The notes: a model not told the origin generated them from the sequence alone. 63,928 nucleotides of DNA, filler included, from Olpidium bornovanus S191 (GCA_017911155.1; 34 parts of 34 records of this genome joined end to end with filler, not necessarily neighbours in it), one strand, 5' to 3'; positions 47,544 to 59,306 are shown, numbered from the whole stretch's first letter. A program made the numbers and translations.

Positions 47544-47819
47544 TCAGTAACCGAGGGTTTTTTTCCTCAGCTCCAGCGCGATCGCCCGCTCTTCTATTCT
47601 CCACGGCTCTACGGGCCGGAGGCCGGCGAACGCGGCAAGACGGTTGCAGTAGTCGTACTGCTGCATGCCCAGGGCGTGCCGGGCCCTGCTGCGGGCGCCG
47701 GACGGGAGACCGGCACGAGGGAAACCGAGAGCCGCGTCCCGCTCGCGCTCCGCCGCTCGCATGTCGGCTTCCGGGGGAAGCTTGAGTTTTCCGGTTAGGT
47801 GGCGAGCGATCACCTGGGC
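47544..47819 (-). CDS. Flavin-containing monooxygenase, terminal exon
   Basis: ATTCAG acceptor, then AQVIARHLTGKLKLPPEADM...HALGMQQYDYCNRLAAFAGLRPVEPWR...LELRKKTLGY*. Resembles the FMO C-terminal (E)AQA..IAR..SG...LP...M motif. Confidence 0.68.
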   Translation of the reverse strand, partial: AQVIARHLTGKLKLPPEADMRAAERERDAALGFPRAGLPSGARSRARHALGMQQYDYCNRLAAFAGLRPVEPWRIEERAIALELRKKTLGY

Positions 47820-48675
47820 CTGAATGAGAGAAAAGGCTTAATAATTTACAAAGTTGGCCTGGCCGCTCCCGCCGCGTCCCNNNNNNNNNNNNNNNNNNNN
47901 NNNNNNNNNNNNNNNNNNNNNNNNTTAATTAATTAANNNNNNNNNNNNNNNNNNNNNNNNNNNNNNNNNNNNNNNNNNNNAATAATCTGCGTCGGGCGGC
48001 CGCCGCTGCGGCTGTTTGTTCTCCGCCCGACTGCCGGGCAGCCGCATCCCGCGGGGCCGTCGCCATTCCGGCGTTCGCACGCAGCTGCGTCGGCCCCTGG
48101 CCCTTGGCGTCTGCCCCGCCCCGCTCTCCGCGCGACGGCCCGAGGCCGCGCGCCCCGGCGGCCGTCAAAAGAAAAACAGCAAAACACACGGGGGACGCGT
48201 TTTCCTCCCCCGGCTACCGTTGCCAAAGCGGGAAGAGGGTGACGCACACTTCCTCCTGCCCCCCAACCCCTCGCGGGAGCAGGACAGAGCGCCCGCGCTC
48301 GCACTTACGTAATCCCGCGCAGGGGAACACAAAAGTCTCGGGAAAGGAAAAAACGCGTCCGGGCCGCCGCTGTCTCGGCGCGGTTGGATCAACTTCGGCC
48401 CGCCTCGTACCCCCACCGGACGCGACTTCCCCCACCCCAACGGGAGCATCTCGCCGCGATGTCGCGGGCTGCCCGCCTCGTCGTTTCTCCGCGTCAAACG
48501 GCACCGCTGAGACTGCGGGCGGGGGAGCTCCTTCTTCTCTGCGAAGGTGTTTTTGCTTGCGGAGTTTAGACAGGACTTATTTCCCTCTGCAAAATTGGAT
48601 AATTCTTGGTATCGGGTTTATCATGTGCGGACACTAAAACGGAGACTCTTTTTAAAAAAGCGAGACGGGCGAAAG

Positions 48676-48989
48676 ATGGACCTACCTCCGGAAATAATTC
48701 AAATTCTTTGGGATTTCATGGACTGGGATTCGAGGTTGCGGTTTGCCTTGACGTCAATGATAACGTACTGCCTGGACACAAATTTAAGCCCTTAAACTTG
48801 AATCTGTGTTCTTCGAAGACCCGTAAAAGGCTCCATCCAGGAACATTCGTTAAATACGCTGTTATCGTGAATGTATCTGGAATTAGAATAAATACAAACG
48901 AGTTTGTTGACATAATCGTACTGTCTCAATCTGTCAAAGATGCTACAGCTGTGAGATGTTTCCTTATCAACGTACCAGCTTTGTTCATG
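48676..48989 (+). pseudogene. Low-GC F-box (possibly F-box/LRR) gene with an apparent frameshift
   Basis: MDLPPEIIQILWDFMDWDSRLRFALTS is F-box-like. That frame stops at 48795, while a shifted frame continues LPGHKFKPLNLNLCSS...IVNVSGIRINTNEFVDII to the contig end. Confidence 0.55.
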
Positions 48990-50216
48990 NNNNNNNNNNN
49001 NNNNNNNNNNNNNNNNNNNNNNNNNNNNNNNNNTTAATTAATTAANNNNNNNNNNNNNNNNNNNNNNNNNNNNNNNNNNNNNNNNNNNNCCAATCACCAG
49101 TGCTCGTCCGCTCCGCGAATCTTGATCGCCGTGATAATCTCCATCACCGCAAAAAGATCACGAATTTGCAGCGACGTTTTGTGCCAACATTCTCTGTTTA
49201 AGACATCATGTGTCAGAAGTTGCCCGGGCCGAGCTCTTGTTAAAAGCCGCAAAGCTTCACAGCGCCGTCCAAGCCAAGAATGGCAAAACATTTGAGGAAC
49301 GGAACAGCAAGCGTTTTGAGGAATGATCCGCGCCGGGGTTTTTTTTTATTTTGCGCGGAGAGGCGAAGGTTCGCTTAAAAAAAAAAAAAAAACTCCCCCG
49401 CCCGGCGAGCTTCTTGCGTGGTCTCTCCCCGGAAGACCCCTTTTTTTATCGAGGGTTTTGGAGGGAGGGGGGTGGGTGACGGAGCCCCGAACTTTTGATG
49501 ATTTGATCCGCGGCCGGGCGTTTTTTCGCGGAGACCGAGGTTTTTTGCTCTCAAAAACGGAAAAAGAAAACGCGAAACCCCCCCCCCCCCCCACCCCCAC
49601 CCTCCAGGCCGGAGGGCAGCTTTCGACAAGAGCAAAAGAAGTGGCGAGAACTTTAATTTATTTCAGCCGAACGTGAACGTGAGCGTTAATTTATTTCAAC
49701 CGAACGTGACCCCCCCCCTCCCACCCCCCACGCCCCTTCACCCCAGCCGCGCCCCCCACCCCCCCCGTCCCCCACCTTCCCCGACTTTCCGCAGTCTTGC
49801 GAGGCGGGAAGGGCAACAGCGAGGCGGGAAGGGCAACAGCACGGCGCGCGCCAGGCCGCCGCCGCGGGGACGGCGCCGTTGTGGATATCGACTGCGCTGT
49901 CCGCGCCCTGAGGCACAGCGCGTCAGGTGGGGCCCGCTGCCCGAGTTCTTGTGGCGCGCGACGCGCGGCGTGGGAGCCCGCTGCCCGAGTTCTTGGACGC
50001 GCAACGCGCGGCACCGAGGGTGACTGATCGCTTGGAGTTCCTTGGACATAGCCGGCAAGCTGGAACGCGCTTTACGCGTTTTGCGGCGCCTTACAGGCAA
50101 GAACTGTTCATTTCGAGGCCTGCTTGACCTCAAAGCTCCTGCTTCCCGGACGGCATGCGAAGCCCTTCCTCACGCGTTGTCTTCTCAATTCTCCCACCTG
50201 GTCCTTTAACTACCAG

Positions 50217-50741
50217 GCTGACATGCTCCATGATCTTATCGGCGCCGTGAAGCGGGCGGTTAACGAGCCAAATCAGAACTTGTCGACGGCGGCGCTCGTT
50301 GTTTTAGGGCCGAATGCAGCAGAATGCGCCCGGCATGTTAAACACTCACGTGATTCCGCAGCTGTACCACCCCGTTATAGACGGCCTGGCCGACGTGCGC
50401 AGGACACGCGAGCTGGCACGTGATGTCTTGGTGAAGTTCTGGTTGGCGGCTTTGTCCTTAGGGGTAGCACGACGCGACCGTATCGACATCAGCCGCGCTG
50501 CTCGCATCCCTGGAGGATGAGTTCAAGAACGCGGTGGTCGATCACAAATCCTGGAAAGTCCGCGAGCAGGCGGGGAGCGCTAACGGAAAGCTGAAGGTTG
50601 GGATGGGCAGTTTGCAAGTATCATGCACGCGAAGATCCCGACCCTTTCTCACCGTATTGTCCAAGTAAAGAATTCGATGGCATCTTCTTTTAAAAATGCA
50701 GGCAATTCTCTTGCTGACTCAATGCGTCAGGCAGATTCCCG
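50217..50741 (+). CDS. STU1: CLASP/Stu1 N-terminal TOG/HEAT region with two apparent frameshifts
   Basis: Three successive frames: DMLHDLIGAVKRAVNEPNQNLSTAALVVLG / MQQN...LYHPVIDGLADVRRTRELARDVLVKFW / LLASLEDEFKNAVVDHKSWKVREQ, then AILLLTQCVRQIP after the TGCAG at 50701. Resembles TOG motifs (LGD.K..VR; HK.WRVRE). Confidence 0.62.
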
Positions 50742-51047
50742 NNNNNNNNNNNNNNNNNNNNNNNNNNNNNNNNNNNNNNNNNNNNTTAATTAATTAANNN
50801 NNNNNNNNNNNNNNNNNNNNNNNNNNNNNNNNNNNNNNNNNACATGGAGATTTGCGTTGTCCTTTTGGGGAATATGTATCAGGAGGTTAAAATGGTACTT
50901 GTTCTTCTTTCGTTGAGGATGTCTTGTGGGTCTATGGTGAAACGTTCGCGCGATAAGGATCGAAGGACGAGGGGTGTCGGCAGGGCAGCACTCGCCCCAG
51001 TCCCGTTCCGGCTTCTGTGATTCTCCTTACATCCCAGCCAACCGCGG

Positions 51048-51925
51048 TCACCACCGTTCGCGCCGCTTGCTGATCACGCACGGGTTCTCGCGGGCGATGG
51101 CGATGCGGCCCTCCGCCTTGTAGTCGTACGTGCAGGTGTGGCGGTCCGAGTACCGGTGGTTGGAGCAGAACGGCTTTCCGCACCGGCACCGGAACGTGGC
51201 GGCGACGAGCGGCAGCCGCCTGTTGCAGACGGCGCAGCGCACGCGGGCGGTAGTGGGCTTCTTTCCCGGTGCGGCACCGTTGTCGCCGGTACCCGCTGCC
51301 GCAGCCGCCGTGGCCGACGTTCGGGACCGGTCCTTGGACTTGAGGCGACGCGCGGAACTCGTAGAGCGACCCTTCTGCGGGTGCGTGGGTTCGGCGTCCG
51401 AGGCGAGCTGGCCGGTTTCGCCGCCGCCGCTCTCTGCCCGGCCCGCGCGAGATGCTTGCCGGAACTCGCCGTCTGGGAAATCTCCCTGCTTTCTGGCCGC
51501 GTCGGCGTCTGCCTCCGGCTTTACCGGATGCCGCTTCCCGCCGTCGCCGGCCCAGCGGTCTGAACGTTTCCGGCCCGCGCTGCCGGCCGAGAGAGGTTTG
51601 CTCCTCGATTTCGGCTTCGGTTTCAGCTCCGGCGTCGCCGACGCCGCCGTCGGCGCTGGGCGTCGCGGCGCCGCCGCGGTGCACCCCTTAAATTCCGCGT
51701 CCTCCGCCGCGCCGGCGCCGGGCGCTTTTTCCGCTTCGTCGAGCGCAACGCTCACGGTTGATATTGTCGAGTGCAGCGTCCGGAAGTCCTGAAGCGAAAA
51801 ATCGTCCGAGGTCCTCGCTGTAGTGGTCAGCAGCTCGGTCTTGTTCTTCGATGACGCGGCGACGCACGCAACCGGCGCCTCCCTCGTCGACCGCCTCGCA
51901 ACCAGCACGAGCGATCGTTGGCATG
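51048..51925 (-). CDS. AN1-type zinc finger protein (ZFAND family), 5' partial
   Basis: C-terminal [53 protein letters not shown] is the canonical AN1 finger. Confidence 0.88.
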
Positions 51926-52054
51926 NNNNNNNNNNNNNNNNNNNNNNNNNNNNNNNNNNNNNNNNNNNNTTAATTAATTAANNNNNNNNNNNNNNNNNNN
52001 NNNNNNNNNNNNNNNNNNNNNNNNNCATGGCTCTACCGCTGAAGGCGTACTTAC

Positions 52055-53024
52055 TCGACCGGGGTATTTGTAACTTCTGATCGTTTCATTTGCAAGAAAC
52101 ACTCGGTGCATAATGGCTGATCGCAGCACCGCGAATAGTTGATGTTCGGGGGATAATACTGCCCGGAGGCCGGAAGCAGAGAACAGTAAAGCAACGGTGA
52201 TGTCAGTGTGGCGAACCACTTAATATCCAGAGAAAGACTTGAGTGTCCAGCGCCGCGCGGGGACAACGGTGAGTTCCCGGGCCGTCAAAGTGAGCAAACA
52301 ACAAAAAAGAATAAAAAACCGAAGCGAAGGACGGCGTGCAAAGGCAGCGAACTCGCTTTTCACCCGAACAAACGCAAAACAAAACGACCGAGGTGATTCT
52401 CACCAGGAAACAGATCGGACACTCCACAGGACGATCGTATAATTCCCTCGGGCTTATTTGGACAGGACTTGCTGCGGCGTGCGGTGCCGCGGTGTTAGAG
52501 CAGCTGTTCGATCGCCTCAGCGGTGCGCCAACGACTGAAGAAGGCGAGGAGGAGCCGGCCGCCAAACCAGACACTGCAAAGCGGGAGTGGAAACTCGTGC
52601 GTTTCAAGTGCGGGGCGGCGGAGGAAGTCGAGGTAGCCGAGCGCGACGTCGAACCCGCACCGCCGCCGCCGCCGCCAGCCGACGGAGAGCCGTCCGCGGC
52701 GCCCGCGCCGGAGGAGGGCGACTGTTTCGCCGGTTCGCCCTTGTTGCCGCCATTCGCCGCCGCCGTGTCGGCGGCCGCGCCCGCAAAGGCGTCGGCGGCG
52801 AACTCGCCGTCGATGGCGCCAGGCGGCAGGTCGTCCACGTCGGCGAGGCCCTTGTAGAACGGGGAGAGCTTCCTCTCGATGATTAGCTTCCGCACGACCT
52901 TGCGATCGTAGTCCTGGGGCTGGTTCGGGTACACCCCGAGCGGAACGAAACCTCCGCCGTCAAATGTCTCTGCGGCGGCGGAACCGCCCGCCTCGTCGGA
53001 CTTCTTCGTGAAAGCGTTCCCCAT
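52055..53024 (-). CDS. SIP5: Sip5 (Snf1-interacting, RING-like), 5' part
   Basis: Exons 53024-52404 and 52158-52055: MGNAFTK...DGGGFVPLGVY...DYDRKVVRKLIIERKLSPFYKGL...[34 protein letters not shown]. Confidence 0.92.
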
Positions 53025-53061
53025 GTGGGGGGGGCGTGGGGAGAGGGTAGGTTCGGGCGTT

Positions 53062-53098
<37 letters not shown>

Positions 53099-54545
53099 NN
53101 NNNNNNNNNNNNNNNNNNNNNNNNNNNNNNNNNNNNNNNNNNTTAATTAATTAANNNNNNNNNNNNNNNNNNNNNNNNNNNNNNNNNNNNNNNNNNNNGC
53201 ATGCCTTCCTACTTTGCTTCCGATGGTCGTGTTGCCGGGAATGGTGCGGAACGGACCGCGACTGTCCCTGGGATTTTGGCTCGTCCTGGTGCTGCGGATT
53301 AGGAGTGGCGATAGTCGGGTTGGTCGGCGAGGCGGCCGTGACTTCGCACAGCGCTCCGGGCAGTTAGAGAAGTTCCTGATGATGCTGGGAAGCCGCATGG
53401 TAAGGTCGACGCTTTTCGGAGGGTATTTTGTCCGCCCTCGGCCAGCTCGAGTCTTGGCGGAAAACGTCCGGGTGGCCGCCCTGCAGCTGCGGCGCCGTCT
53501 GCTCTTCGCGCGGCGAGGCGGGCGAAGGGGTCGGAACGCCATTCCCGACTCGCCGTTTGGACGACCCGCTCCAACGGGCGGTGTCGGGTGCGCCCTCGTT
53601 GGGAATATGCGGTGGCGCGCCCGGCGCGGGAAACGGGACTCTGGCCGCCCGCTTAACGGTGGTTTCAGAGAGCGTGGCGGATGTTTCCGCCGCCGCTTCC
53701 ATTTCGCGAGCGGCCATCGAAACGCCCTATTCGGGCTCGCCGTAGTCCTTCTCCGGAGTCGTCCGAGCTTCCGCGAGCGCGCCCTCGGGAAGCGACGAAA
53801 AAACGGCCGGCGGCGGCGGCGCCGGCCCATCATCGTCCGGCTCTCCCGCGGCGAGCAGACCCTTCTGAGCGGTTTCGCTCCTCAGATCCGCCAAGTGCTT
53901 CTCAGCCACCTCATAGTCAGCCGCCGTTCCCGACGCGCCCTGCGCCGGGGCGCCCGACAGCTTCCGCCAGTTTTCATCGCCGGCAAGTCTCTGACTTTCG
54001 CGGTTGTACGCTGAATCAAAGATGCGGCGGCTCTTGCAGCGGCCTCCGCCGCGGACCTTGTCGCCAGCACCGCCACCTCCACAAGACCCGCCCTGTTGGC
54101 GTGCCCCCCGCTCCGGGGACGACCGGCCATACCGCCGTAAACGTTTCCGGCTTGGAGTTGCTGGGCGGAGCTCCCGCCGCTGCGATCGCCAGGCAAACCA
54201 TGATTCGGACGCCCTATCTGGTTGCAGGCCGTCTTTTTTCCGTCATTGATAATGGGAGCCAAGCGAGAAAAACGGAAACCGGAAGGGGTCAGATTTACAT
54301 AAGCAATTCCCGCCAGANNNNNNNNNNNNNNNNNNNNNNNNNNNNNNNNNNNNNNNNNNNNTTAATTAATTAANNNNNNNNNNNNNNNNNNNNNNNNNNN
54401 NNNNNNNNNNNNNNNNNTCTTCGACAATTTTGTTTTTTTTCCTTTTTTTCGTTTTTTTCCTTTTTGATCTTCGACGGTTTTGTTTTTTTTTCCTTTTTTT
54501 CGTTTTATTTCCTTTTTATCTTCGACGGTTTTGTTTTTTTTAAAG

Positions 54546-55906
54546 ACGTTGAATGCTTCGACATCGATGGCCGCAAGTGCTCGAAAAGCTGCAGGCGCTG
54601 CGACGAGTTTGGGTGCCTCCCCAACGGCACCGACTGCCCGGCATCCTGCGGCGCGTTCGACGACCCCGTCGCCTGCGAGACGCTCGGCGGCGTCGCCGGC
54701 GGCGTGGCGTGCCAGTGGGAGCCGGAACGCTTGCGGTGCGCTCCAGGTGGGAACAATTTATTTTTTTTCTCCCTCCCCTTTTTTCTCCCCTCGCGGCGGC
54801 TTTTTGCGGCGCGTGCGAGCGGGCCGCTGACGGTGGTTTGTCCGCTTATTCCCGTTACCGTTCCCCGTTCTCGTCCCCGCGTTCCCCCGTTCCGCGTTCC
54901 CGTTCTTGTTCCGCGTTCCCGTTCTTGTTCCGCGTTCCCGTTCTTTGCGGCGCGTGCTGACGGTCGTGTCCGCTTTATTCCCGTTCCCGTTCTTGTGCGC
55001 GTGTTCCCGTTGCCCCTTCCCGTTCTTTGCGGCGCGTGCTGACGGTCGTGTTTGCTTTTTTCCCGTTCCCTTGCTCGTCCGTCCCCGCGTTCCCCGTTCC
55101 CGTTCTTGTCCGTCGGCCGACCAGTGCCGCTCCCCGAACTCCGCCGCACGCTGTTCCCCCCTCCGCTTCGGGCGTTCCCCGCCGTGATTATCCGCGACGG
55201 CGTCGCCATCTTCCCCCCCGGCTATCCAGTCCCGAACACGACGGCTTCGACGCCGGCGGCCGCCGACAGGAGCGGCAACCCGGCTTCGGGGGACGGTTTC
55301 GCGAACGGCGCCGCTTCGCCGTCGCCGACCGGCGGCCTGCTGGACTGGCGCGGCGTGGAGGGTCGCCCGGAGCGCCTGACGCTGTTCATCGGCGTAGGCG
55401 TGGCCGCCGTCGGCCTGGTCTGCGTGGCGTCGCTGCTGTGCTACCGCCGGGCGAAGAAGAAGCGGATGAACGAGGCCCTCGCCTCAGGCCTTCCGGACCG
55501 GGACGACGACGCCCGCCGGTCGGCGCCGTCGTCTGTGGCGCCCGAGAACCCGCCGCGCACCCTCTTTCACCGCGAGTCCCTCCTCTCGCACATCAGCAGG
55601 GCCGTCCGCCGCCTCAACGCCGACCAGCCGCCGGCGCCGGCGCCGGCGCAGCACCAGCACCCGCACCAGCAGCAGCGGGCGAACCCGGCCCTCGGCCCGC
55701 CGGAAGCGGCCGAGCCGCCGGGGCGGTCTTCCGTTTTCCAGACGGCCGTTCTGAATTTTCCGCGAAAGCTGTCGGGCGGCCTGTCCACCATTGACGTGGA
55801 CGCCGAGAGCCCGCTCGCCAGGATTGCCGACAACAATCTAGACCCCGAATCATACATCTCCGACAGCACGACGTCGGGCATCCTCACTTCGCCGTTCAAA
55901 TCGTGA
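54546..55906 (+). CDS. Single-pass membrane protein with Cys-rich ectodomain, 5' partial
   Basis: Exon 54546-54746 has 10 Cys (CFDIDGRKCSKSCRRCDEFGC...CPASC...C...CQW...C). It is spliced in phase to 55125-55906, which carries the TM segment LTLFIGVGVAAVGLVCVASLLCY, the stop-transfer RRAKKKR and a low-complexity tail. Confidence 0.7.
54800..55110. repeat. Nested intronic repeats: GTTCCC(C) units inside three longer TTTGCGGCGCGTGC...CTGACGGT copies
   Basis: Longer unit starts near 54802, 54943 and 55023, inside intron 54747-55124. Confidence 0.8.
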
Positions 55907-56366
55907 AATTCTCCCCCCCCCCCGCCACTTCACCCAAACAACGAACCCCCAGCGTCCCCCCCCCGCCCCCACCGGCCCCCCCCCGTAATTTAACACAACG
56001 CTGTAATATATAAGCAGATACCGCTTTTGTTCTCATCTCATAGACGCGCACGGATCAAGGGAGTTCTCCAACAAAAAAAAAAAAGAAAAAACGCGGTGTT
56101 ACCGGCGGCGCCTCAAAAACGGTTGTTTCTTTTTTTTTCATGGGATGATCAGACATTGATCATATCCCGGAACTTGGCGAACTTTGGACCATTTAGAGAC
56201 TTTGTCAGAGGTCTGCCGGTTTATCGGCTGTGGCAACGCGCTCAATTGCGACTGTGCCANNNNNNNNNNNNNNNNNNNNNNNNNNNNNNNNNNNNNNNNN
56301 NNNTTAATTAATTAANNNNNNNNNNNNNNNNNNNNNNNNNNNNNNNNNNNNNNNNNNNNCATTTCG

Positions 56367-56409
<43 letters not shown>

Positions 56410-56736
56410 CTATGGGCATTGGGGGGAAGGGGGGGCGAAGGTCAACCCCGCGCAGCCGGGTGAAACCCCCCCCCCCCCGCCCTCGGCGAATTTTTGTGCG
56501 GAAATGCCCCCCCCGCCCCTCCCCTCCTCCCCTCCCCCGAGAAAGCACCTTTTTCCGCCGTCACTTCCCCCAACCCCGAGGGCCCGGGAGTAGACAAAAA
56601 CCTGGGAGCGCTTACGCCGTCACCAGCTCGCCGAAAACGCCCCTCCAAACCGAAAGCTGCTAACAAAGAAAAGCTGTGGTATTTAGGTGGCCTCTCCGGT
56701 AGGTGCCCGGGAAACCGCGGGGGCAGGAGGGGGGGT

Positions 56737-56769
<33 letters not shown>

Positions 56770-56770
<1 letters not shown>

Positions 56771-57112
56771 GCCGTTTTCTGGGCGTATTACGAGCGCAAT
56801 TATCAGGGTCGCCCTCGTACCTCGAAAATCCCGGAAGCGCCGGAGATGTACCCAGAGATTGACACTCTAGAGCGTGACCATCGCCAGGTTTATGAGTCCG
56901 ATCAGATGGACTTTATCATATATATAGAATCCCTCCTCGGTGCTCGTCATATAGTTCAGGACAACCCGGACCGTTCTCTCGAGTTCGTCTTTGTCACGCA
57001 TGACATACTTTTCCGATCTATTATCGCCGATTCGTTGTGCTCGGCTTATTCTCGGGCACCACTTCTCGCTTGCGTTACCGAAGACGATATAAATCGTGTA
57101 GCGTTATTTTAG
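56770..57112 (+). CDS. Orphan coding-like segment (probable terminal exon)
   Basis: WAYYERNYQGRPRTSKIPEAPEMYPEIDTLERDHRQVYESDQMDFIIYIESLLG...RVALF*. A complex, globular-looking translation in lower-GC DNA; 5' end obscured by poly-T. Confidence 0.35.
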
Positions 57113-57696
57113 GATCGAAAATTATGTAGCATGTTTGTTCGCTACATATGTAGTATGTTCGTTCCCCCAAATTGAGCAAGAGACCGGATGCCTTTGGGTC
57201 TAATACTTTCGCGTCGCTTTGATGGAAGATAGAAATAGGACCGCGGGTAAATTCGTCTGCCGCAATAGCTGCATGAGGCTGCGGCTTTGCCTGAGCTTCT
57301 GGCGCGCTGGGGTGCGGAATACGGTAAGCGTCGCCACGGTACGCAGCCGATGTAATGAAGCCAATCTACTGTCCAACGGAAGATATGGTAGCNNNNNNNN
57401 NNNNNNNNNNNNNNNNNNNNNNNNNNNNNNNNNNNNTTAATTAATTAANNNNNNNNNNNNNNNNNNNNNNNNNNNNNNNNNNNNNNNNNNNNCATGCACC
57501 TTGTTACAATGCATCCGACCTCGCCCGACCACATTTATTTACCCAACAATCCCCAGCCAAAGAAGAAAGGTAAAAAAGAAAGGTGCTTAGCTTGTCATCC
57601 TTTCCGTTTCCGGAACGTGCTTAGCTTACAATCCTGTCCGTGTCTGGAACGCGGTCCGAGTCCTGGGAAATCCCTCGTGGAGGGCCCTAACTAGCA

Positions 57697-58075
57697 GAGG
57701 CGGAGCCGCGAAACGAACAGAGGCCGAGGCGCCAGGCGAAGAGAGGCGGAGGTGCAAAACGCGCGGAAGCGGAGGAGCGAAACGAACGAAGGAGAAGGCG
57801 CGTAACGAACGAACCGAGGCGGAGGCGCGTACCTAACGAACGGAGGCGGAGGCGCGTAGCGAACGAACGAAGGCGGAGGCGCGTACTGAACGAACGGGAG
57901 CGGAGTCGCGTAGAGAACGAACGGAAGCGGAGTCGCGTAGCGAACAAACGAAAGCGGAGCCGCGTAGCGAACAAACAGAGGAAAAGACGCGTAGCAACCG
58001 AGCGGAAGCGGAGGCACGTAACGAACAGAGGCGGAGGCGGAAAAACGAAGAGACGGAGGCGCGAAACAAACAAAC
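57697..58075. repeat. Purine-rich minisatellite, about 27-bp unit (GAGGCGGAGGCGCGTAGCGAACGAACG)
   Basis: About seven well-conserved copies at 57800-57990, with degenerate copies on both sides. Confidence 0.9.
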
Positions 58076-59306
58076 AGAGACAAGGACCGACGTCAGCGCC
58101 CGGCGTTTTTGGCTTGGCGGAGCGCACAGCGCTCCGAGTTAAACGGAAAACAGAAAAACACCCCCCCCACAAAATTCCTTTTTTCGCGGAGCGGTTGCGA
58201 GGCCGGCAGTCCAGGCAAGGGAAACGCGTCGCAGCTGGAAGAAAGCTGAGGGTTCGGGAAGGGACAGCGGTGGAAACGGGAATGTGGAAGCGGAGGGAGG
58301 GCGGGTGAAGGGGGAAGGAACGCGCGGGAGGCGCGCGGGCAGACGTCGGGGAGTCGCGCAGGTCAGCAGCAAGGAGGGTTGGGGCGAAACGCAAAACGGA
58401 AGGAGCGCGCGCGCTCGGAAAAAAGGACTTTACGCGCAACCGCCGATTTGCCCGTAGGTGGAGCAGGGGGCGTTCTCCAGCGTCGAGCACTCCGCTTGGG
58501 GGTCTGGTTGTGTGGGCGCGCAGGGAAAAGGGCCGGTTGCGGAGGGAAGGGAAGTAAGGCGAGGGACTCCGGAGCGCGCGCCTTTTATACTGCGGGGGAA
58601 AGTGCGGAGTTCGTGCGTTGGTTTTTTTTTCCTGGAAACGGCGGCGAACGCGCGCGCGCGCGCGGAGAACCGCCCTCCCACGCGGGCGTCGCCCTCCCGT
58701 CCCATCCCCTCTTCCCGGCGCATCGTTTCTCGGCCCCGCGGCGCAACCCCACTGGCGCGCCATCTCCCTCGCCTCCCTCGCTTCTCTTGCCTCCTTGCCT
58801 CGCTCCCCGCGTCCGCACCCGCTGTCGTCGCGCGTCGGTCCGCGATCAGCCGCCCTCCCGGTCAGGTTCCGGGTCCCCGCCCCCCGACAAGCCGACGCAC
58901 TTGCGCAGAGCTGGGCCGCCGTCCGCAGTCTGCCGCCCGCCCCGCCGAGACGCGCGCTCCAACTGGGCTCGGGGCCGGCGCCTCCGCGCCTCCCTCGCCT
59001 TCTTTGTAGGCCCTATTCGTTTCTCCTGGTCGTTTCGGAAAAACCGCACTCGGCCTCGGTCGTCTAGGGAAACGCCGTCGGCTTTGGGAAAGGCGTTGGC
59101 CCCTTCCTCTCGGGAATACCGCGCTGCCAACGCCCCGGCCGCCCTCAGCCCGGTCTGGGAAAAGACGTCGCTCCGGTCCCCTGGGGAAATCGGCTGCCAG
59201 TGGTGCGCTGCCGCTGCACCTCGTCACTGCGGAGGCCAGTGGGGTTAAAAAACAGACTTTATTTTCGCCTTCCAGTTCGAGCTGTAATCTTGAAAACAAA
59301 ATTTCC

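Noticed and set aside
46504-47785. Overlapping 366-aa and 370-aa ORFs on opposite strands
   Set aside because: Both cross homopolymer tracts and have low-complexity translations; neither shows a recognisable motif.
53199-54240. Stop-codon reassignment or readthrough: one minus-strand frame is open for about 350 codons apart from TAG (53727) and TAA (53364)
   Set aside because: GAR1 ends in TAG and PBP2 and MNS1 end in TAA at homology-expected positions. Long open frames arise by chance at this GC content. At most this is a terminal exon ending at 53727.
57687-58763. 358-aa Arg/Ser-rich protein on the minus strand
   Set aside because: Openness is explained by the pyrimidine-rich repeat lacking stops in all three minus frames; no domain or splice support.
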